DNA from: a virus
Virus record (IMG/VR): IMGVR_UViG_3300011116_000673
Span: 7,532-71,531 of that record
DNA length: 64,000 bases
Strand: one strand, 5' to 3'
Numbering within the stretch: position 1 is the first letter of the stretch; each line of letters begins with the position of its first letter. Shown here piece after piece: positions 38,756 through 47,808 of this stretch. A model generated the notes under the pieces. It made no database searches. It was not told the DNA's origin and worked only from the letters and a program-made list of their open reading frames with translations. Made by a program: the position numbers and the translations under genes.

Positions 38756-39475
38756 ATGCCAAATAAATACGACGATGACTTTGACACAGACGAAGTAGAG
38801 TTTGATTCGCCTGTCAAGGTCGCAACAAAGAAAGAATCCCTCACTCAAAAAGAGCGAGTAGAAACACCAGTGGCTAATCCTGGAAAGAAAAGCGTAATCA
38901 ACCGAGGTTGGGGTGCAGCACAAAAAGTGCAAGAATCAACTTCAGCGTTTGCTCAACGTTTCAAAGTCACAGAAGACCCACAGATTATTAAGTTCCTAGA
39001 GGACGAACCTTATGCATCGTTTCGCACACACTGGATTGATGGCCGTGCTGGTCAGAAATCTTTTGTCTGTTTGGCAGATCATCCTGAAGGTTGTCCACTC
39101 TGTGACGCTGGTAATCGCCCATCAACTAAGTTTGCATTTAACATTGCAGTACTTGGTGAAGACGGAGACCTATCAGTTAAGTCATTTGAGGTTGGCGTTC
39201 GTTTGATTGATCAACTTAAGAACTTCCACACAAACCCACAGCAAGGTCCATTGTCCAAACACTATTGGGCAGTATCCAAGACTGGCAAAGGCGCACAAAC
39301 ACAAACCATTCTTCAAATGGTTCGTGAGCGTGACTTGTCCGAGTGGTCAATGGTTGGCTACACAGATGAGGATATGTCTGTGCTTAAGCGCAACTGCTAC
39401 ACACCTGAAATCATTTCAATACCAACACGTTCAGAGCTTTTGGACATTTCATCCGAGATCAACGACGCACGGTAA
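38756..39475 (+). CDS. single-stranded DNA-binding protein (gp32-like)
   Basis: HW...FVC...CPLC Zn site; located before polA. Confidence 0.65.
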   Translation: MPNKYDDDFDTDEVEFDSPVKVATKKESLTQKERVETPVANPGKKSVINRGWGAAQKVQESTSAFAQRFKVTEDPQIIKFLEDEPYASFRTHWIDGRAGQKSFVCLADHPEGCPLCDAGNRPSTKFAFNIAVLGEDGDLSVKSFEVGVRLIDQLKNFHTNPQQGPLSKHYWAVSKTGKGAQTQTILQMVRERDLSEWSMVGYTDEDMSVLKRNCYTPEIISIPTRSELLDISSEINDAR

Positions 39476-39478
39476 TCA

Positions 39479-41527
39479 ATGTACAAAACGGTAAACACCG
39501 TTGATGAATTAAAGCAAATAGTAGATGTAGTCACAGAATTTGGCTCGTTTGCTTTTGACATTGAATCGCGGGGTGTTCTTGAGCGTCACGATGATGTAAA
39601 CGCACACTTTCAAAAAGAGTGCGCACAACACATTGCAACACTCAAGAACCCCAGCGAGGATGTTGTTGAAAGATCTACTGAAGCAATTCGCCAACGATAT
39701 CTTAAAGACCTTGCAGTCAACCCACTACGTAATGAAGTGTTTTGGTTGGGCATTGCAACACATGGGCACTCGTGGGCTATTCCCATGGGACATAAGTTGG
39801 GAGAAGTGCTTGTACCAGAACAGCGTGGTGACGGAGCGACATTGCCACCTCTTGAGTATCGCAAAGTTTTAAAGAACGGTAAAGTTTCAACGGCTAAAAC
39901 AAAGTATTACATTCCTGCTGTTCACTCAGAACCTCCGGCTCAGTTGTCTCGCTATGACGTGTTTGAGTGTTTACGCCCATTGTTTTTTGGCAACGCAATA
40001 AAGGTAGGGCACAACGTAAAGTTTGATGCTCTGTCTATTCAAAAGTATTACGGAGAGTTACCGCCAGGACCATATAGAGACACAATGGTTTTGCAGCATA
40101 TTTGCGATGAAAACATTCCAAGCTTTTCTTTGGTTAATTTAATTGCTCACAATTTTGGCGAGCATGCTCCTTACGACAAAGAAGGAAAACTTGGTAAAAC
40201 AATTGACTTGGCAACGTATGGAGCAGCGTCTCGTTATGTCCACTTAGACGTTCGTTGGACATGGATGCTCTACATAAAGCTGATGGCTAAATTAAAAGCA
40301 GAATCTTCACTGTTACCTGTAATGGAACAAGACATGGATGTACTGCAAGTATTAATGAGTATGGAGCAAGAGGGAATTACTGTAGATGGCTATAATTTAA
40401 AGAATTTGCGAAAAGAATTAGATACCAAGTTAAACGACACGTTATTACTTTTATCAGAGTTTGCTTACCCTGGATTCAATCCAGATTCAAATAAGGACAA
40501 GCAATTGTTTTTATTTAACAAAAAGCGAGAAGGTGGGTTAGGTTTAAAGCCCACCAAGAAAACACCAAAAGGCGCACCATCAGTGGACACAGAGTCTCTG
40601 GAAAGTCTTCGGGGTAAGCATCCAGTCATACCATTACTTTTGGAGTGGTCAGAAACACAAAAGTTAAAGAACACTTATGTAGACGGTTTGTTGCCCAAAC
40701 TTAACAACAACAAACTACATCCTTCATTTAACTTACATAGAACAGCCACTGGTCGGTTGTCTTCATCATCTCCAAACCTTCAAAACATTCCTCGTGATTC
40801 CAGCATTAGAAAATTGTTTGTGCCACCAGATGGGTACACAATGTTGGTTGCCGACTACGACCAGATTGAATTGCGTGTTATGGCTATGTTTAGCCAAGAC
40901 TCCCGCTTAGTTGAGATCTTTAAAAATAATGAGGACATTCACTCAGCAACGGCTGCTGCTGTATTCAAGAAGAGTGTTGACGAAGTCACTTCAGAAGAAC
41001 GACAGATTGGTAAAGGTGTCAACTTTCTAACAGCGTACGGAGGTGGTTCAAACAAACTTGCCAGAGTTACTGGGGTTACTCCAGAGCATGCCGAGGAACT
41101 GTTAGCTTCTTACTACAAAAGCTTTTCTGGACTAACTAAGTGGAAACAAACAGCGATAGCCACAGCTACTAAAAAGGGATATGTTACAACACTTAGTGGA
41201 AGACGAAGAAGGTTGCCTGACCTAACATCTCGTTCTTCTGAATCAGTAGCTAGGGCACAGAGACAAGCAATTAATGCAATCATTCAAGGAAGTGCTGCTG
41301 ACATTTGTAAGCAAGCAATGATCGACGTGGACAACGCTTTTAGGGATACCAAAACAAAAATGCTTGTGCAAGTTCATGACGAGCTTGTTGCGATTACTCC
41401 CGAAGATCAAGAAGAAACATCAATAAACACGTTGATCACCGCCATGGGTCATAATAGAGATATCATGGGAGTCACATTAAAAGTTTCGTGTCACTCGGCA
41501 CGAAGTTGGGCGGAGGCAAAACAATGA
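39479..41527 (+). CDS. polA: family A DNA polymerase with 3'-5' exonuclease
   Basis: DIE, HNVKFD, TGRLSSSSPNLQNIP, DYDQIELR, KGVNFLTAYG, VHDEL. Confidence 0.95.
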   Translation: MYKTVNTVDELKQIVDVVTEFGSFAFDIESRGVLERHDDVNAHFQKECAQHIATLKNPSEDVVERSTEAIRQRYLKDLAVNPLRNEVFWLGIATHGHSWAIPMGHKLGEVLVPEQRGDGATLPPLEYRKVLKNGKVSTAKTKYYIPAVHSEPPAQLSRYDVFECLRPLFFGNAIKVGHNVKFDALSIQKYYGELPPGPYRDTMVLQHICDENIPSFSLVNLIAHNFGEHAPYDKEGKLGKTIDLATYGAASRYVHLDVRWTWMLYIKLMAKLKAESSLLPVMEQDMDVLQVLMSMEQEGITVDGYNLKNLRKELDTKLNDTLLLLSEFAYPGFNPDSNKDKQLFLFNKKREGGLGLKPTKKTPKGAPSVDTESLESLRGKHPVIPLLLEWSETQKLKNTYVDGLLPKLNNNKLHPSFNLHRTATGRLSSSSPNLQNIPRDSSIRKLFVPPDGYTMLVADYDQIELRVMAMFSQDSRLVEIFKNNEDIHSATAAAVFKKSVDEVTSEERQIGKGVNFLTAYGGGSNKLARVTGVTPEHAEELLASYYKSFSGLTKWKQTAIATATKKGYVTTLSGRRRRLPDLTSRSSESVARAQRQAINAIIQGSAADICKQAMIDVDNAFRDTKTKMLVQVHDELVAITPEDQEETSINTLITAMGHNRDIMGVTLKVSCHSARSWAEAKQ

Positions 41528-41898
41528 CAACTACTCTTGATAAACGAAATTTTTGTTTAATGCTTTCTTCTATTACCGGACAGGATGTTGCAAACCAATT
41601 AGGTTTTGCGCCAGTTTCAAAAGACGTTGAAGAACTAGAGAATCAATTGATTGAAGGTCAATGGGAGACATTACATGATTTTGGTATCTTTGATGAGATA
41701 GTTGAGTCTGTTGAATGGTTTACACAAGTGCTATCTACAACCCAACCTGAGCTTCAAGGTCCTAATGCTGCAATCGTAGAAAGCACCAAAGCGGTTATCT
41801 TGTCCTACAGTATGGCATTAGTTCAAAAACTACTGTCAAACCAAAAGGTTGCCTTGCTTGGACACATTGAGTATGATGAAGAGTACGAAGACGATTAA
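41524..41898 (+). CDS. hypothetical protein
   Basis: GGAGG RBS; ATGA overlap with polA. Confidence 0.6.
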   Translation: MTTTLDKRNFCLMLSSITGQDVANQLGFAPVSKDVEELENQLIEGQWETLHDFGIFDEIVESVEWFTQVLSTTQPELQGPNAAIVESTKAVILSYSMALVQKLLSNQKVALLGHIEYDEEYEDD

Positions 41899-41920
41899 CA
41901 CAAAATGAGGTTTACACGAC

Positions 41921-42277
41921 ATGTCATCGTGGTGGGATAAAAAATTAAGTAACAAAGACCAACAAGAGAGTTCATCTCTGCCTCCTGTTACTAAAAATGT
42001 AATTCTTCCTGCACTGCGTCAACAAGCCGCAACAGTTGCTGTTCAAGAACAAAGAGACCCCAACGGTCAAACAGACATGGGAACGGCAATAAGAACGTGG
42101 AAAGGTGGTGAAGCCCACAGACGAGAAGGCTCTCTTTCTTGTCCACGTTGCAGTAGTAAAAACGTATTTAGTAGATCAAACGGTGGTAGCCTAGGACACG
42201 CACCAGCACCAAGATGTTTTGAATGTGGGTGGAACGGTTTATACGAACAAGCAGACCAAGCATCCTGGTCAGTATGA
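41921..42277 (+). CDS. Zn-ribbon hypothetical protein
   Basis: CPRC...CFEC. Confidence 0.6.
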   Translation: MSSWWDKKLSNKDQQESSSLPPVTKNVILPALRQQAATVAVQEQRDPNGQTDMGTAIRTWKGGEAHRREGSLSCPRCSSKNVFSRSNGGSLGHAPAPRCFECGWNGLYEQADQASWSV

Positions 42278-42287
42278 GGAACACAAA

Positions 42288-43310
42288 ATGGAAACTGATT
42301 ACGAGTCAATCTCGGCAATAATCAACAAGATAAACAAAAAACAAAACGACGTTTCAATTTTAAGGGCTGATGCTATGCACCAGCAATTAGAACGAACAAC
42401 CACAGGCATTCTTGCTTATGATTTGATGCTTGGTGGCGGTTGGCCTGCCAATCAATGGTCAGAGATTATTGGTGATGAGTCTTCTGGAAAGACTGCACTT
42501 GCGTTTAAAACTATCGCAGCCAACCAAGCGCTTGACCCAGATTGGACAGCAGTTTGGGTTGCAGCAGAAGAATTTGTGCCCGACTACGCAAAGTCAATTG
42601 GTGTTGACCTTGCTCGCCTGTGGGTTATTGAAACCAACAGCATGGAGCAAGCGTACAACTTGGTCATTGAGCTTATGAAGAATCGTGCTGCTGATTGCAT
42701 CGTCATTGATTCTTTACCAGCACTTGTACCAACGGATGAGTCAGAGCGCATGATGGATGAGTTCACCGTTGGTTTGGGTGCTCGTATCACATCAAAGTTT
42801 TTCCGCAAAGCCTCAGAAGCACAGAAGCGTTCAATGGTAGAAAAAGAACGTTCATGCACTGGTTTGATGATTAACCAATGGCGTCAAAAGATTGGTGTCA
42901 TGTGGGGAGACAGCAGAACAACACCAGGTGGTCTTGCTAAGAATTTTAGTTACTTTGTTCGTGTTGAGGTCAGACGAGATGAATGGCTTAAAGAAAAAGA
43001 CGAAATTGTAGGTCAAACAATTAAAGCCCGTACTTTAAAAAACAAAACATACAAACCATCGCAACAAGCAGTTGTTGACTTCTACTTTACTGATGCCACA
43101 GGGTTTTCTAAAGGTTCTTTTGATACCTTAAAAGATATGATCAACATTGCAACAGTTATTGATGTGATAACTCGTTCAGGAGCGTATTACGCCTATGGAA
43201 GTCAAAAGTGGCAAGGCAAGGACAAGATGCTTGAAGCTTTTAGAGAAGACTTGTTTATGCAAAAAGAATTAAAGCATGACATTGAAGAGTATTACAAAGT
43301 GGTTAGATGA
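42288..43310 (+). CDS. recA: RecA-like recombinase
   Basis: LGGGWP, GDESSGKT, VIDSLPAL, INQWR, TTPGG, KNK. Confidence 0.93.
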   Translation: METDYESISAIINKINKKQNDVSILRADAMHQQLERTTTGILAYDLMLGGGWPANQWSEIIGDESSGKTALAFKTIAANQALDPDWTAVWVAAEEFVPDYAKSIGVDLARLWVIETNSMEQAYNLVIELMKNRAADCIVIDSLPALVPTDESERMMDEFTVGLGARITSKFFRKASEAQKRSMVEKERSCTGLMINQWRQKIGVMWGDSRTTPGGLAKNFSYFVRVEVRRDEWLKEKDEIVGQTIKARTLKNKTYKPSQQAVVDFYFTDATGFSKGSFDTLKDMINIATVIDVITRSGAYYAYGSQKWQGKDKMLEAFREDLFMQKELKHDIEEYYKVVR

Positions 43311-43645
43311 CCATACTAGGAAGAGATCCAGACAGACATACACGGATCATGAAGTCCTCTAAAAAACAGGAAAAGAGGACTGCGGATAGGTACAAAGGTT
43401 CTAGAAACGCCCGTTCCGGAGCTGGTTGGCTTAGAAAGAATGACGTACGCAGCCATGAATATCTTATTGAAAACAAGTTGACTGAGAACAAAAAAACCAT
43501 TACGCTTAAAGAAGTTGATTTAAGAGAATTGAGGGATCGTGCGTTACTTGAAGATCGTGTACCTGTGTTGCAGTTTGACCTCGCTGGTCGTCGTTACGTG
43601 GTCATTGGTGAGGATGATTTTTTGGAGATAACAACTGATGTCTGA
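43307..43645 (+). CDS. PD-(D/E)xK nuclease, Holliday junction resolvase-like
   Basis: QE...SGAG...KNDV...IENK. Confidence 0.65.
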   Translation: MTILGRDPDRHTRIMKSSKKQEKRTADRYKGSRNARSGAGWLRKNDVRSHEYLIENKLTENKKTITLKEVDLRELRDRALLEDRVPVLQFDLAGRRYVVIGEDDFLEITTDV

Positions 43646-44504
43646 TATGCACAACTACAAGAACCTACTTAAGATGAACGGTAGGGTTTTGCCAACTGTT
43701 GCAATTCAGTTGTTAAAGAGCAAGAAACAAAAAGACAAGAAAAGAGATACGTCTTTTTTTCACCCTAGCGAATTGGCAAAAAGAGATTGGTGTCCAAGAG
43801 CGTCTTGGTACACAATCAAGAACGAAGTTAAAGCTGATGAAAACTTTTCTTTTCAACGTTTAAACGTTTTTGAAGAAGGTCATGCAATTCATCACAAATG
43901 GCAAACTTGGCTTTGGGAAGCAGGCGTACTAGAAGGAAACTTTAGTTGCGGGTCTTGTCACCATTTGTGGTGGGATTTGTCTCCGGATCATTGCCCAGAA
44001 TGTGGTTCAACTATTGCATTAAGGTATGCCGAAGTACCAGTCAAGGATGAAGAGCACGGTATCCAAGGAAGCGCTGACGGCATTGTTTCGGATAAAAAAG
44101 GAAGAACTTTAATTGAAATTAAATCAATTGGTGTAGGCACAGTTCGTTTTGAGGATTTTGATTTGTACAAACAGTATGAAGAAAATCCCAACATGGGCAT
44201 TGACGGATTGTGGAAGAAGATTCGCCAACCATTTCCAAGCCATGTTCGTCAAGGTATGTTGTACATGCATTGCACTGGGATACATGATTTAACTTTCATC
44301 TATGAATGGAAACCTTCTCAAGAAGTTAAAGAGTTCTCAATTAAGTATTTACCCCATTTGGTTCAACCAATACTTGATAGTTGTCGTATTTTGTTAGTAG
44401 CATTACAACAAAAGATTCCACCCATGCGACCAGCGTGGGCAGAAGCAGCGACTTGCAATGGTTGTAAGTACTGTCCATATAAAAATACATGTTGGAGCAA
44501 ATAA
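43638..44504 (+). CDS. Cas4/RecB-like exonuclease
   Basis: CPR, GHAIH, ADG, EIKS, Q..LYM; C-terminal CKYCPYKNTC; inserted CGSC/CPEC. Confidence 0.8.
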   Translation: MSDMHNYKNLLKMNGRVLPTVAIQLLKSKKQKDKKRDTSFFHPSELAKRDWCPRASWYTIKNEVKADENFSFQRLNVFEEGHAIHHKWQTWLWEAGVLEGNFSCGSCHHLWWDLSPDHCPECGSTIALRYAEVPVKDEEHGIQGSADGIVSDKKGRTLIEIKSIGVGTVRFEDFDLYKQYEENPNMGIDGLWKKIRQPFPSHVRQGMLYMHCTGIHDLTFIYEWKPSQEVKEFSIKYLPHLVQPILDSCRILLVALQQKIPPMRPAWAEAATCNGCKYCPYKNTCWSK

Positions 44505-44986
44505 TGATTGTAGAAGAGACACCGGAGATGAATAGGTTTTTAAAAACTTTTGCATTGCCTGAAAAACCACACAGCTTACTTCCAGTAGTTCCACGAAACC
44601 TTGGTGACATTTCAGAAGTTGAATTGATGTCTTTGTATTCTGAGTTTATGTCTTGGGTCAACTACGCTCAAGCACAGTTGATTGCTGCTGAGATTGTTGA
44701 AGAACGTGAATTAAACACGTTTGAATACACAAAGGCTTGCACCTTGATTGAACAGTGGGGAAACAAGATTAAAGGAGAGCTAGTAACCATTGCCAAAGCA
44801 AAACGGGATGTGGAAGATAAAGTACAAAAACAACAAGAAGCGTACACACAAGCACGTGCATACCGAAAACTTGTGGAAACAGTTTTTGAACGGTGCGAAC
44901 GAGGTGCACAAGTTTTGTCAAGAGAGTTAAGTCGTCGCATCAGTCTTGCTCCAAAAGAAAACAGAGCTGCAAGGTTTATTGCTTAG
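44489..44986 (+). CDS. helical hypothetical protein (possible recombination mediator)
   Basis: Coiled-coil ORF in the recombination module. Confidence 0.5.
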   Translation: MLEQIMIVEETPEMNRFLKTFALPEKPHSLLPVVPRNLGDISEVELMSLYSEFMSWVNYAQAQLIAAEIVEERELNTFEYTKACTLIEQWGNKIKGELVTIAKAKRDVEDKVQKQQEAYTQARAYRKLVETVFERCERGAQVLSRELSRRISLAPKENRAARFIA

Positions 44987-44988
44987 CC

Positions 44989-45150
44989 ATGAAGATTCGT
45001 TGTAACTCTTGCGGACATGTGTTTTCTAATGATGAGCGCAGAACTGTAGGTTGTCTATGCGATAGCGACGCCCCAACATGGATTGGTGTATCACCAGACA
45101 AAAGGTTAATTTTGATGAGTTACGCCAATTATGACATTTTGGAGGATTAG
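44989..45150 (+). CDS. small Cys-rich protein
   Basis: MKIRCNSCG...CLCD. Confidence 0.5.
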   Translation: MKIRCNSCGHVFSNDERRTVGCLCDSDAPTWIGVSPDKRLILMSYANYDILED

Positions 45151-45512
45151 TGGGCAACAAGCATAAAGCAAAAGGAACATCGTTTGAAACAGCAATTGTT
45201 GGTTACTTGAAAGAAAAAGATTTTCCCAATGCCAGAAGAACTGCTTTGGCTGGAGAAAACGATTCTGGAGATATCCACGGTGTTAAACACCCTGATGCTA
45301 CCGAAATAGCAATTCAATGCAAAAACCAAAAGTCTTTTAAATTGAGCGAATGGTTAAATGACACGGTAACCCAAGCATCCAAATTGCCTAAAGGACTGCC
45401 TTTGCTGGTCGTAAAACGACCCGGAAAAGGGGCAGCAGCATTAGGTGAATCGTATGCTGTAATGCGCTTAGAAGACATGGTTACATTGCTTAAATCCGCC
45501 AAATTCACATAA
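45150..45512 (+). CDS. Holliday junction resolvase (Hjc-like PD-(D/E)xK)
   Basis: KAKGTSFE...DSGDI...IQCKN...LVVKR. Confidence 0.75.
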   Translation: MGNKHKAKGTSFETAIVGYLKEKDFPNARRTALAGENDSGDIHGVKHPDATEIAIQCKNQKSFKLSEWLNDTVTQASKLPKGLPLLVVKRPGKGAAALGESYAVMRLEDMVTLLKSAKFT

Positions 45513-45557
45513 CGTGGTAATATAGGCCTTCCGTATGATTTACAAACAGGAGTCTAT

Positions 45558-45848
45558 ATGTCACAAGAACTTAATCAAAAGGTTGAAGATGTCTTAAAAG
45601 TGTCAGGTAGCAGCAACCCTCAAAGTGTTGGCTCTATTCTTGCCCGATCCATTATCGCTGGGCATCTTCCAAAGATTCGCGCTATTGGCGCAAGTGCTGT
45701 AAACCAAGCAGCAAAAGCTGCTGCAATTGCCCGTGGCTTTGTTGCCCCACGAGGTCTTGATCTTTATTTCATTATTGGGTTTGATGATATTATTGGAGAG
45801 AACGGAGAGAGTATTTCAGCAATCTCTTTTAAACCAGTATTGAGGTAG
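45558..45848 (+). CDS. spoVS: SpoVS-family protein (Alba-like fold)
   Basis: LKVSGSSNPQSV...AIGASAVNQAAKAAAIARGFVAP closely matches the SpoVS signature. Confidence 0.85.
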   Translation: MSQELNQKVEDVLKVSGSSNPQSVGSILARSIIAGHLPKIRAIGASAVNQAAKAAAIARGFVAPRGLDLYFIIGFDDIIGENGESISAISFKPVLR

Positions 45849-45850
45849 AC

Positions 45851-46264
45851 ATGGGCATTATTTTTCACAGAAAACCCCACGGTGGACGATATGACGATCC
45901 ACACGGCGTAACAGCACCGCCACCGCCACCAGTAAAAGAAAAAAAAGATTATGGTGCACCTCCTGCTCCAACAAAGAGGGTCAAAATTTCTAGCGAGCCA
46001 CCTGCCCCAACTAAAGCGTCACGCAAAGCCGCAAAGAAAAGCCAGAAAGCTATTGAGAAATCTGGCATTAACGACCCTGCATATCGTGAAGCTTCTGCAA
46101 AACGTGGAAAGCAATACGCACAGGCAAAGAAAGAAGAAGAGTGGCGTTTAGACAGTAATAAAAGATACGGCCAAGAAGCTAAACCAGGCGGCACGGAGAG
46201 AGCATACCTTGAAGGTGGCTTTGAAGGTGTTGATGAATACCACAGTGGAGTACCAAAGATTTAA
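45851..46264 (+). CDS. basic Pro-rich low-complexity protein
   Basis: GAGG RBS; composition. Confidence 0.55.
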   Translation: MGIIFHRKPHGGRYDDPHGVTAPPPPPVKEKKDYGAPPAPTKRVKISSEPPAPTKASRKAAKKSQKAIEKSGINDPAYREASAKRGKQYAQAKKEEEWRLDSNKRYGQEAKPGGTERAYLEGGFEGVDEYHSGVPKI

Positions 46265-46265
46265 T

Positions 46266-46475
46266 ATGGGATACATCCAACCAAGCATGAAGAAAAATGT
46301 TGTTGACATGGCTGAGTACAAAGGTAGAAAAGCCCGTCGTCAAATTGATCAATCACACAATCCTTCACGTAAAGTCACTATGACTGACATTGATGAAACA
46401 CGAGGAGACGACGCCCCACCGCACGGTATTCCACGACCAACAGGTGCTGGAAAGATTAACGTTTGGACTGAGTAA
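46266..46475 (+). CDS. small low-complexity protein
   Basis: ATG 46266; motifs VVDMAEYK, NPSRKV, PHGIPR. Confidence 0.55.
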   Translation: MGYIQPSMKKNVVDMAEYKGRKARRQIDQSHNPSRKVTMTDIDETRGDDAPPHGIPRPTGAGKINVWTE

Positions 46476-46477
46476 TA

Positions 46478-46609
46478 GTGGCTACTAAAAAAAAGAAAGT
46501 TACTAAAAAAGTTGTTAACAAAGTAAAACCACGCCCCATTTCGTCAGTTTCAGGTGCTGCAGGAGGTTTTATGACTTCGTTTGACCACAGTAGGGCAGGC
46601 AATCAATGA
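46478..46609 (+). CDS. small Lys-rich peptide (not in ORF track)
   Basis: GTG start MATKKKKVTKKVVNKVKPRP...; ATGA overlap with next gene. Confidence 0.45.
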   Translation: MATKKKKVTKKVVNKVKPRPISSVSGAAGGFMTSFDHSRAGNQ

Positions 46610-47094
46610 AGCAAGCGTTCTCTGATTGGCAAAGCCCTAACTCAGTTAGCGAATCTTCGTCATTACCTGTATTTGGTCCAGAACCTGTATTTAGGAACAA
46701 CAAGGATTATCAACTTGCTGGCTACCGTACGATGCAAGACACCACGTATCCAGACGGATACCTTGGAACAATGTCGTCTAACCGACGACAAGACAAGACT
46801 TTAGGAACTTTAAGTCGTCAAAACGCCCGACAGTATTCTCGTGGCGTACACAAAGGTGAGAGAGTGAACCCAGGCGATTATGTTTGGCCTGATGAGTTTA
46901 ATTTGTGGACAGGTATTTCCTACCAAGACGCAGGAGTAAAGTTTGCCCCACCAGGAGCCATGCCTGTAGTTCTTACCAATGATGGCAAGGTTGGACCTCG
47001 TGGCATTCCACGAACTCTTTATGCTGAAAACCCAGAGTATATTGACCTAGAACGTCGTGCAGGACTAAAAGCTCTTCAACCAACTTGGCGATAA
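46606..47094 (+). CDS. hypothetical protein, possibly virion-associated
   Basis: YPDGYLGT, YSRGVHKGER. Confidence 0.6.
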   Translation: MKQAFSDWQSPNSVSESSSLPVFGPEPVFRNNKDYQLAGYRTMQDTTYPDGYLGTMSSNRRQDKTLGTLSRQNARQYSRGVHKGERVNPGDYVWPDEFNLWTGISYQDAGVKFAPPGAMPVVLTNDGKVGPRGIPRTLYAENPEYIDLERRAGLKALQPTWR

Positions 47095-47097
47095 ATT

Positions 47098-47808
47098 ATG
47101 GCCAAAAGAAAACCTAACCCCATAAAACCAGCATCTTTAAGCAACCCTAACCCTGATTACGTTTTTCCAATTCCAGAGGCCAACAAACTTTTAGGTCCTA
47201 CCTATATAAGAGAAGCACAGTTTATTCGACAAATGCAAGAAAGATATACTAAAAGAGAAAAAAATAAGTATGTTAAAGGTATATTAAAAAACCTACAAGA
47301 AGCTGATGACAGGGAGCGAATAGGCAAAGAATATTTAAGCGGAAAACGCAACGCTTTTAATAATAGACTTACTTTAAAAAAAGACGAACATCGTGAGATA
47401 TACGACCCAGCCATGCAAACATTAGAATCTGGTGAGGGGCCAAAATTAACAACCACGGAATATCATGTTGGTCAGCGCAACAGAGGGATTGTTCTACATA
47501 AACAGAACGACTGGTCAGGAAATCTTATTTCCAAACAAAGACACATATGGGAAGGCATTGACACGTGGGCCGATGAAACAAAAATACCAACTCACCTTCA
47601 AAAATGGCAACACAAAAAATGGACTAGCAAAAATGACCCGTTTATGCGTGCTGAAGATTATGAAAACGTTCTAGGTGCTAGTTACGACAAAAAAACTAAG
47701 GAAGTGAGCGCACTTGTAGCGAATCCGGATTGGCATAAAAATGTAGAGGAAGCGTATAAAACAGGGACATTAAAACCACGTAATGACGACCAGTTAAAGT
47801 TGTTTTAA
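47098..47808 (+). CDS. paralog A of MAKRKPNP...QLxLF pair
   Basis: Shares N-terminal, central and C-terminal blocks with 47809. Confidence 0.7.
   Translation: MAKRKPNPIKPASLSNPNPDYVFPIPEANKLLGPTYIREAQFIRQMQERYTKREKNKYVKGILKNLQEADDRERIGKEYLSGKRNAFNNRLTLKKDEHREIYDPAMQTLESGEGPKLTTTEYHVGQRNRGIVLHKQNDWSGNLISKQRHIWEGIDTWADETKIPTHLQKWQHKKWTSKNDPFMRAEDYENVLGASYDKKTKEVSALVANPDWHKNVEEAYKTGTLKPRNDDQLKLF

Noticed and set aside
45558-45848. SpoVS as evidence for a sporulating Firmicutes host
   Set aside because: Two WhiB genes and the leaderless promoter pattern point to Actinobacteria.
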